Source of the DNA: Edaphobacter aggregans
GTDB lineage: Bacteria; Acidobacteriota; Terriglobia; Terriglobales; Acidobacteriaceae
NCBI RefSeq assembly: GCF_003945235.1
Contig: NZ_RSDW01000001.1
Span: 4,770,001-4,802,000 of the forward strand
Direction of reading: 5' to 3'
DNA: 32,000 nt
The notes below the pieces were generated by a model. It was not told where the DNA came from and searched no databases. It was given only the letters and a program-made list of their open reading frames with translations. This document shows positions 25,701 to 32,000 of this stretch, in pieces (positions within the stretch are counted from its first letter, which is position 1; each line of letters opens with the position of its first letter). The position numbers and the translations under genes are program-made.

Positions 25701-27338
25701 TTACTCCCAAATCTCGACCGGAAAAGGTTTGATTTCGGTGGGACGAGCTTCGCTTCTTCGAGGCTCGAAGGAGACCGGAGAGGGTTCTGCTGTCGAGGGT
25801 AATTTCGCTTGCCGGCGGCGCTGTTTGGCTAGCGAACCAGCCTGCCGAACAAGCTGTCGCTGCTCCAGGATGTTCGCGAAGATGGCCTCTTCCGTGTTCA
25901 TCCGTCGCCCGCTTTCTCGTGCTTGCTTATTGGCCGACTCTATCTCCCAAAGCGCGATTGGAGGCTGCCGCAGATCGGCGTATGGAACGGGCCAGTGCCG
26001 TCCGTTCGGGTCTTGCACATAGATTCGCGACAAATTCCGTGGGTCGTACTTAACCAACAGCGGATCCTTCAACCGTCCGGCCCATGGGCTGAGCACATTG
26101 TCCCAATAGCGGATGTTGTAAAAATGAATGCCGTCTCTACGAATCTGTCTTGGGACCGCGGGCAGAAAGTTGAGAAAGAACTCCGTTTCGTCGAGCGGGT
26201 CCCGCAGCGACGACGACTTCGTTTGTTCCACCTCCGCTTGCCATGCCGCGAGAGGAGTCGTGCCGAGAGCGGAATGAGTTGAGAGATGGTAGACGCCAGC
26301 GATCTGAAGCGCCAGCCACCGCTCGAACTCTGGTAGCGTCAACGTTGCCCGAGCCTCCGACGCATAAGAACCCTTCTCGACGACATTGGAGAACGTCGTG
26401 CCTGGCAAGAGATGGACTGCCCCCATCGTCGTCCCAATCAACCGCTCGATGTGGCCTCCGAAGTGCGGCCGCCCAGGCGGACGGTGCTCCAGACGGATGC
26501 CATACTCCTGGCACCCCCGAACCAACGCTTCGGCATAAAACTCCTTGGCGTTGTCGACGTGAATCGTTCGCGGGAGGCCATGGACAGGCCATTCGAGTGT
26601 CTGGAGCTCGCGGTCGGCCAACCAACACGTCTTCGGGAGAACAGCTTGGGACAGCGCTAAAGAAACAGATATCGTCGAAGGCGACCAGAGAGAAACGTGA
26701 AAGCCCGCAACCATTCGTGTCCGCACATCGATCGCAAGCGTAAGCCACGGACGCCCGATCGGGAGCCGCTTGTGTTGGTCGACCACGATGATGTCCACCG
26801 GTGTATGGTCGATCTGCAAAAGTTCCATCGGGTGTTCGGGCTGCAAGGTTGAGATCGCAACGGGCCCTAGCAGTTCTCGGGCCTTCTTGCCACCCTCGCG
26901 CTTTGCGGTCGCCAACCGAAGGTCTAGCGCCTCAACCCGGCATACTACGGTGCGATAGTTCGGAGGTGGCATTCGTTGTTCGGCGAAGCGGCGACGAACC
27001 TCGAGCATAAGTGCCGACAGCCGCGGCCGTTCCGGCTTCAAATAAAACTCATGGATGCACGCGCTCAGCAATTGCTCGCGGTCCGCGCCAAGAAGCGGTA
27101 CTTTGGATTCGTGGCCCCGCTTGCCTGGAAGTAAAGACGAGGTTTGGGACCGTTGGCGGTAGCGCCTGAGCAAGTCGTAAACGACGCTCCGTCCTAGGCC
27201 GAGTTCCCGTGCGGCCTCTCCGACACGTTGGGCGCCGGGCCTTGATTGAGCGGCCAACGGGCCGATCACCGACTCGCGCTTCAAAGCCACGAGCCAGTCC
27301 GCTTCCCCCGCGGCTTCCAAGTTGCGCCACTTTTGCAT
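25701..27338 (-). CDS. tniA: TniA DDE transposase (TnsB/MuA-like)
   Basis: A 545-aa ORF with an N-terminal HTH (GEAARELGLGRSVVYDLLRRY). The DDE triad is LQIDHTPVD, TIHVDNAKEF and, 36 residues later, GGHIERL (D-x35-E spacing). Confidence 0.9.
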   Translation of the reverse strand: MQKWRNLEAAGEADWLVALKRESVIGPLAAQSRPGAQRVGEAARELGLGRSVVYDLLRRYRQRSQTSSLLPGKRGHESKVPLLGADREQLLSACIHEFYLKPERPRLSALMLEVRRRFAEQRMPPPNYRTVVCRVEALDLRLATAKREGGKKARELLGPVAISTLQPEHPMELLQIDHTPVDIIVVDQHKRLPIGRPWLTLAIDVRTRMVAGFHVSLWSPSTISVSLALSQAVLPKTCWLADRELQTLEWPVHGLPRTIHVDNAKEFYAEALVRGCQEYGIRLEHRPPGRPHFGGHIERLIGTTMGAVHLLPGTTFSNVVEKGSYASEARATLTLPEFERWLALQIAGVYHLSTHSALGTTPLAAWQAEVEQTKSSSLRDPLDETEFFLNFLPAVPRQIRRDGIHFYNIRYWDNVLSPWAGRLKDPLLVKYDPRNLSRIYVQDPNGRHWPVPYADLRQPPIALWEIESANKQARESGRRMNTEEAIFANILEQRQLVRQAGSLAKQRRRQAKLPSTAEPSPVSFEPRRSEARPTEIKPFPVEIWE

Positions 27339-27485
27339 TCAAATCCCGGACAAACTTTCGCCCGAACTTCGTCCGGGATTTGAGTGCAACATTCCGGGAT
27401 TTCAATGCCGTAAAACTGCAGTGAATTATCGGAAAACGATTGATTACAAAAGGCCGATATTCCGGGATTTGAGTGCAGCGTGACA
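27334..27485. repeat. transposon right (tniA-proximal) end with four copies of the same motif
   Basis: Three copies are inverted relative to the left end: gtccgggatttgagtgcaac (27371-27390), attccgggatttcaatgccg (27391-27410) and ccgatattccgggatttgagtgcagcgtgaca (27454-27485). One copy has the opposite orientation: tgcattcaaatcccggacaaa (27334-27354), which overlaps the tniA start codon. Confidence 0.8.
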
Positions 27486-28005
27486 GTTGGGCGAACCGAC
27501 GATGGCTGGCCGATGGTCCGGCGACACGCGGACTGCAATCATGTCCTTCTCGATGTACTCACCGAAATGAATGCCAGCATCGAAGCCGTCCGCGACGATG
27601 TCCCGCCGGCTGTCATCCGTTGTTACGTCGAGTACGATCTCTGGATATTCCTTGTGCAACCTGCCCAACTTTGGCGCGAGGACAGATGACACTGCGAGAC
27701 GCGGGAGTAGTAAACGCAAACGTCCCGCTGCTCTGTGCGTCTGGCCGGATATCTGGTCGAGCGTTTCCTCGACTTCGGTGAGTGCGGGTTTCAGGCGAGC
27801 GAGAAGTCGCTCTCCGGCTTCGGTCAGCGCAACACTCCTGGTGGTACGCGCAAGCAAACGGACGCCCACTTCTTCTTCAAGCGCCCGCATGGCGTGACTC
27901 ACGGCTGAAGGCGAAACGCCTTGGCGCTTCGCAGCTCGCGTAAAGCTACGTTCTTCGGCAATGACAAGGAACGTGGCGAGAGATCTGAGATCGCTAGGCC
28001 AGCAT
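27486..28005 (-). pseudogene. LysR-type transcriptional regulator, 5' frameshift and 3' truncation by the transposon
   Basis: The translation is DLRSLATFLVIAEERSFTRAAKRQGVSPSAVSHAMRALEEEVGVRLLARTTRSVALTEAGERLL...RLRLLLP...EYPEIVLDVTTDD...IAVRVSPDHRPAIVGSPN. It then reads into the transposon end (CHAALKSRNIGLL*). Only about 173 of the roughly 300 expected codons remain. The only ATG (rc 28003-28005) gives M-L-A-stop and is out of frame by one base (extra base at 27996). Confidence 0.8.
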
Positions 28006-28118
28006 TAGTGAATTGTACTCACAAGCGCATGCACATTAAACCGGCTTATCAAACGTCCGAAAGAGGTTCATCCTGAAATAGTCCGCTGCCATACAGGCGC
28101 GTGCAGAGAGGAGCCAAC

Positions 28119-28346
28119 ATGCCCCACGTAATTGTGAAGCTGTGGCCCGGAAAAACTGAGAAACAGAAGACTCAGCTCGCGGAAGAGATCACGCAGAGCG
28201 TAATGCACATTTTGAACTACGGAGACGAGTCGGTGTCGGTGGCATTCGAAGAAGTCGAAGCGAAAGACTGGGCCTCGAAGGTGTGCCGGACAGATATCGT
28301 AGGCAACGAGGACAAGCTCTACAAGAAACCCGGCTACACGATGTGA
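28119..28346 (+). CDS. 4-oxalocrotonate tautomerase family protein
   Basis: The ORF track gives 28101..28346. I moved the start to ATG 28119, which follows GAGGAG. The sequence [32 protein letters not shown] has the Pro-1 catalytic residue and the beta-alpha-beta pattern of the family. Confidence 0.8.
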   Translation: MPHVIVKLWPGKTEKQKTQLAEEITQSVMHILNYGDESVSVAFEEVEAKDWASKVCRTDIVGNEDKLYKKPGYTM

Positions 28347-28381
28347 GCTAGTGCTCACCGCAGACGGGAGGAGGAAAACTG

Positions 28382-29149
28382 ATGAACAATCCATTCGACT
28401 TTCGCGGCAAGATCACCCTGGTGACGGGAGCCGCGTCGGGCATGGGACTTGCGACCGCGACGGCCTTTGCTGAGGCCGGCGCCGCCGTCGTCATGGCGGA
28501 CTTCAGGGAAGAAGCAGTCACCACGGAAGCCAGTAAGTTGACGTCCCTGGGGCACATAGTGATCGCGTTGCGCTGCGACGTAAGTGACGATGTACAGGTC
28601 GAGCAGATGGTGCAGCGCCTGGTCGCCGAATTCGGCCGCCTCGATGCCGCTTTCAACAACGCAGGCGTGATGGCACGTATTGTGCCAACCGCTGATAGCA
28701 CCCGCGAAGAGTGGGATCGCGTAACGGGCATCAACCTGCGGGGCGTCTGGAGTTGCATGAAATACGAACTGCGCCAGATGGAGCGACAAGGCAGCGGAGC
28801 GATCGTCAACAACGCTTCCGTCGGTGCACTCACCGGGAATCCCGGCATCGGCGCTTACATCGCCTCAAAGCACGGCGTAGTCGGTCTAACGCGTACAGCT
28901 GCTCTTGAGTACATCAAGAAGGGGATTTATGTGAACGCGGTGAACCCCGGACTCATTGACACGCAAATCGCTCGCGACGTGGTCAGCGGAAATGAGCAGG
29001 CATACAGCGACATCGCGGATCAGGTTCCCATCGGCCGTGCAGGACGGCCGGAGGAGATCGCTTCAGCGGTCCTTTGGCTCTGCAGTCCCGCCGCCAGCTA
29101 CGTCGTAGGACAGGCGATCACCGTGGATGGCGGCATGACGGTTGGTTGA
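28382..29149 (+). CDS. SDR family oxidoreductase (FabG-like)
   Basis: A 255-aa ORF with [12 protein letters not shown] and YIASKHGV (YxxxK). GGAGGA lies upstream of the ATG. Confidence 0.85.
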   Translation: MNNPFDFRGKITLVTGAASGMGLATATAFAEAGAAVVMADFREEAVTTEASKLTSLGHIVIALRCDVSDDVQVEQMVQRLVAEFGRLDAAFNNAGVMARIVPTADSTREEWDRVTGINLRGVWSCMKYELRQMERQGSGAIVNNASVGALTGNPGIGAYIASKHGVVGLTRTAALEYIKKGIYVNAVNPGLIDTQIARDVVSGNEQAYSDIADQVPIGRAGRPEEIASAVLWLCSPAASYVVGQAITVDGGMTVG

Positions 29150-29404
29150 ACGGCCTACCCAACCCCGGTTTCAAGCGAGACAAGCATTTGACGAGGAAAA
29201 GATATGCGCGGAACTACAGACATTGGGCAGAGACAACGTGTGGGTTGGAATTCGATCCTGTGGTCTCGATCGCCATCAAAGCGCAAGCGCGACAGAACGC
29301 AGCGAATGGTAAGCAGGCAGAGCTAGATGAGATGCGCAAGAACGCACTGGATGTCGTCGAAAAGCAGCCCAGTAATGCGAGCAAAATCAAGGAACCCATG
29401 CCTC

Positions 29405-29866
29405 CTATTGCCGGTGAAAGTAGAAGGACTGCTTCAGGCTAGTGACCCATACGACCATTCTGCCGCCCTCGTGAAAGCTAAACTTCCAGCTATAGTTCGG
29501 CTCTCCCATGACGGTACTCTGCCATGTTACGGCCTGCGGGATACCTTCGTTGTTCACCTCGCCTGAAGTGATCTGCGCGTCCGTGTGCTTGCCGTTGAAG
29601 TTGGATTTCATCCATCCATGAAGGTCATAGAGACTGCCGTCGTGCCACCATGTGGCCTCTATCGGTGTTGGCCTCCTGACCACCTCCAGATGAACGATCA
29701 CATTCCAGTTATTAGACTTAAGTATAGGTCTAGGCGCGAGCATCGGTTTCCATGAATCCATAACGTAGGTAGCTTGACTGACCACCACCTCTTTTGGCTT
29801 CTGTTCCTTTGTGCAACCCGTCATCGCGGATACGCCGAGTAGAGCTACGACTAATGAATACTTCAC
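29405..29866 (-). CDS. putative lipoprotein, hypothetical
   Basis: The ORF track gives 29405..30007, but that N-terminus is Arg/Ser-rich and overlaps the upstream gene. GTG (rc 29864-29866), 7 nt after GAGGAG, gives VKYSLVVALLGVSAMTGC, a lipoprotein-type leader with a lipobox Cys. Confidence 0.6.
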   Translation of the reverse strand: MKYSLVVALLGVSAMTGCTKEQKPKEVVVSQATYVMDSWKPMLAPRPILKSNNWNVIVHLEVVRRPTPIEATWWHDGSLYDLHGWMKSNFNGKHTDAQITSGEVNNEGIPQAVTWQSTVMGEPNYSWKFSFHEGGRMVVWVTSLKQSFYFHRQ

Positions 29867-29885
29867 TGTTCTTCTCCTCGTATCA

Positions 29886-30404
29886 CTACTTCTGGCAGAC
29901 CTGCGCCTCGACGGCCGGGGAGAATTTTCCTTTACCGCACAGGGCGGTCGTGTTTGTCTGGGCGACATTCGGCTGGTACTGCCCCTGAGTCTTGATTTCC
30001 TTGCCAACCTTGTCCGGATTAGGGAGCCAGAAGGTACAGTTGTTGTGTTTGTCGCACTGGGCTGCGAACAGGATCTGATCGCCCTCGCGAAGCTGGTCCA
30101 TGAACCACTGCTTATGAATGTCGGCCATCGCTGTATGTGTCAGTGACTCAACGAGGATCGTCTTACCTACAGCGGTCGGCGACTCGATGGCGTAGGTCCC
30201 ATCGCTCGTCGATACATAGTGGACATTGTGAGCGGCGGTCTGCGTTACTATGCCACGCCCTAGTCCGTTCGAGTAGGTGCCATCGTTCACTTTATTAGTC
30301 GCCGAGAACGTCCCGGCCATATAGCTTGCTGCGTGATCGCTGGCAAAGGCCGACGCGGTTGATAGAGCCAAGGCGAACATGATTACGGTTTTTGCGAACT
30401 TCAA
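29886..30404 (-). CDS. secreted hypothetical protein
   Basis: A 172-aa ORF with GGAGAGA upstream of the ATG. It has a classical signal peptide (MKFAKTVIMFALALSTASAFA/SD) and four Cys in the mature part. Confidence 0.65.
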   Translation of the reverse strand: MKFAKTVIMFALALSTASAFASDHAASYMAGTFSATNKVNDGTYSNGLGRGIVTQTAAHNVHYVSTSDGTYAIESPTAVGKTILVESLTHTAMADIHKQWFMDQLREGDQILFAAQCDKHNNCTFWLPNPDKVGKEIKTQGQYQPNVAQTNTTALCGKGKFSPAVEAQVCQK

Positions 30405-31225
30405 TTTATTTCTCTCCTGTGTTGAGAGCCTCGCGGCCGGTTGCGGTTAAATGACAGGTACAGCTGCATAGCCGGACCGAGAAGGTTCCGTCAGGCCATA
30501 GTGCTGACTCTGACTCCCACGCATCGGAGATGAGGCGGCCTATTTGTATGAGATTTGCCAGTTTTCGCCGGATTTGTAGAGCCAACGAGCGTTAGGCATT
30601 CGAGCTGCGATTCGCGCGCCTTGATTAACAGACGCGATTCGGCTTAATAGTTGGACGAAGCGAAACAAGCTTTGTAATGGATAGCCCACCGGGTTGTGCT
30701 TTGAAAGCCCATTTAAATCGAATGAATGAAATGAATTGATATCAGTCGCCCGCCATCAAGACTTTCGGGACTAATTCTCATGGCTTCAATCGTTTATAAA
30801 ACACAGGGGCGATAAAATACCGCGCCATGTTAGCAGGATGTTCGCATTTGCCATGCCGAGCCAGTGTTAGCCAGAGCTTGACGCGACGGCTGCAGTTCGA
30901 GCGGGCGCGCTAATCAAATCATCAACTTACGTCAGGCTTATTGTGGAGGGCTCGGAGGGACCGCAGTATGCCGCTAAACCTAGTGTCATCAATGTCCGTT
31001 TTGCTTAGCGTGCGAGAAAATCCGAATTCTGATGGGACCCAATAAAGCGGAACTCTTTGGAAGCCTCCTTCGGATGACTGCTCAGCACCTGTGTCGGGAA
31101 ATACAGCAGGCTGTTCGACTGGAATCGATTTTGGCGCGGTTTTTTGGCCTTGCTGACTTTCATTTGGAGAGACGGTGTCATTGCCGTCCGAATCGTCCGC
31201 GAGGTAAAGCATCCTTCGATCATCA

Positions 31226-31701
31226 ATGTCGAGAGGCGCTCCCGCGCGGCGGAGAAGAGCGTGGTCGATTCCTAAGGGCGAATACAAGGGGAGCGAAAAG
31301 CGTCTGGAGGCTGCCCAGCGTGAATTTCGTGAGGAGACAGGATTCGTTGCTGAGGGGCATTTCGAGCATCTGGCGAAGTGAGACAGGCTGGAGGAAAAAT
31401 CGTTACCGCCTGGGCTGTTGAAGGCGACTGCGACCCCGGCAAACTGATTAGCAACACCTGCCAAATCGAATGGCCTCCGCGCTCTGGTCGTCTGCTGGAA
31501 TTTCCCGAGGTTGATTGCGGCCGCTGGTTTTCGCTTCATGAAGCGAGAGAACCCATCCTCAAGAGTCAGGAACCTTTCTTGTTTATCGCCGCACTCTTCA
31601 CCTCTGCTTGTTTGCATCATTGTGGTAGCAGTAAGAAATCATCGGTCGTCATTTTCCTTTCAATGGCAACCTACACGGGAGATGGAGATGAGGGATGTTA
31701 G
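31226..31701 (+). pseudogene. Nudix hydrolase (COG4119-like), frameshifted and N-terminally eroded
   Basis: Frame A reads ...AWSIPKGEYKGSEKRLEAAQREFREETGFVAEGHFEHLAK*, which includes the Nudix box REx2EETGF. Frame B, starting at 31378, continues (E)VRQAGGKIVTAWAVEGDCDPGKLISNTCQIEWPPRSGRLLEFPEVDCGRWFSLHEAREPILKSQEPFL. The two join if one G is restored in ctggcg (31370-31375). Only about 12 codons precede WSIPKGE, and no upstream frame supplies the expected N-terminal strands. Confidence 0.7.
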
Positions 31702-31851
31702 AGCAAGCAGCTAGTAAGACGCCCAATATTTTTACTTGACAGCCTGATGGTTCATCTCATAATGTGCCTACCTGTAGCCGCATAGTTGCTATTCCAGAAA
31801 CATTAGACTTCCTATATTTATCGGCCCCTTATTCCAGAGCGTGAGGCTGAC

Positions 31852-32000
31852 ATGGGTAAATCTGTCTATTGCTTTTTAGTTCTTTTCGTCGCAACTGTGA
31901 CAACCAATATGGCGGTGAGCCAAAAGCATGTGGTTTATCCAACTGTGCCGCCACCACCTCATACTTCGCAGGAAATCCTGCTTCTGTTCTCCGGCAATAG
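31852..32000 (+). CDS. hypothetical exported protein (partial; runs off window end)
   Basis: ATG 31852 follows GAGG. The translation MGKSVYCFLVLFVATVTTNMAVSQKHVVYPTVPPPPHTSQEILLLFSGN is still open at the window end and has a signal-like hydrophobic N-terminus. It is too short to classify. Confidence 0.4.
   Translation, partial: MGKSVYCFLVLFVATVTTNMAVSQKHVVYPTVPPPPHTSQEILLLFSGN

Larger units (their letters stand above)
23644..27485 (-). mobile_element. compact Tn5053/Tn402-like (Tn7-superfamily) transposon carrying tniA-tniB-tniQ only
   Basis: The termini are TGTCGGACTGCACTCAAATCCCGGAATTTCGG (23644->) and the reverse complement of 27485<- (TGTCACGCTGCACTCAAATCCCGGAATATCGG), an imperfect inverted repeat starting 5'-TGTC. 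Further internal copies of the ~20-bp motif occur at both ends. Three co-directional overlapping genes encode a DDE transposase, an AAA+ regulator and a TniQ target selector. Confidence 0.85.

Noticed and set aside
26137-26748. ORFs of 203 aa (minus strand, alternate frame) and 166 aa (plus strand) inside tniA.
   Set aside because: Both lie within the DDE transposase gene, whose catalytic triad and spacing are intact. Both are Arg/Pro/Ser-rich shadow frames.
23651-27480. The recurring ~20-bp motif ctgcactcaaatcccggaat could be mistaken for CRISPR repeats.
   Set aside because: The copies occur in two clusters of opposite orientation at the two ends of a tniABQ element, with irregular spacing and coding sequence between them. 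They are transposon end repeats, not an array.
14993-28005. I looked for a second copy of the 25-bp junction repeat, or part of it, that could mark the right-hand att site of the integrase-borne element.
   Set aside because: I saw no convincing match anywhere else in the window, so I claim no attL/attR pair. A computational search is still needed.
29074-29442. A 122-aa plus-strand ORF downstream of the SDR gene.
   Set aside because: Its first third overlaps the SDR C-terminus in another frame, and it has no start codon with an RBS outside that overlap. The remaining coiled, Lys/Glu-rich stretch is unsupported.
30922-31620. A 232-aa minus-strand ORF.
   Set aside because: It runs antisense to the recognisable Nudix-box coding sequence, is rich in Ser/Arg/Ala and low in complexity, and has no motif or convincing RBS. 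It is most likely a shadow ORF.

Overview
The window reads as a stretch of high-G+C bacterial chromosome. The taxon cannot be determined from the sequence alone, although the gene content looks like that of a soil bacterium (inference). Positions 1-14.5 kb and 28.1-32 kb hold ordinary accessory metabolism: several alpha/beta hydrolases, an AEC-transporter/PrpD-family/NTF2 operon, an MBL hydrolase, a quinone-oxidoreductase-like MDR and a GNAT. The same flanks also carry an SDR-SDR-TetR operon, a Tat-exported epoxide hydrolase, a DipZ-like redoxin, a tautomerase-SDR pair and exported hypotheticals. The centre (about 14.6-28.0 kb) is a mosaic mobile/conflict island that looks visibly more AT-rich in places. 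Reading left to right it contains nine elements. (1) A decayed DUF1016 nuclease fragment ending in a perfect 25-bp tandem duplication. (2) A frameshifted tyrosine integrase. (3) An intact cassette of PD-(D/E)xK nuclease, DndB/ParB-like 'GGQHR' protein, HEPN protein with RNRLTH, and a helical protein, which is my best candidate for an undescribed defence or abortive-infection system. (4) A gap of about 1.1 kb with no ORFs but with repeats and stems. (5) A translationally coupled pair: a small membrane protein and a 451-aa HExxH metallopeptidase. (6) An IS110-family transposase gene cut at its 3' end. (7) The element that cut it, a compact 3,842-bp Tn5053/Tn7-like transposon (tniA-tniB-tniQ) with TGTC...GACA termini and multiple transposase-binding repeats. 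(8) A LysR gene cut by the other end of that transposon. (9) Further right, a frameshifted Nudix gene. No rRNA, tRNA or CRISPR array was found. All functional calls come from reading motifs in the translations; no database search was possible.
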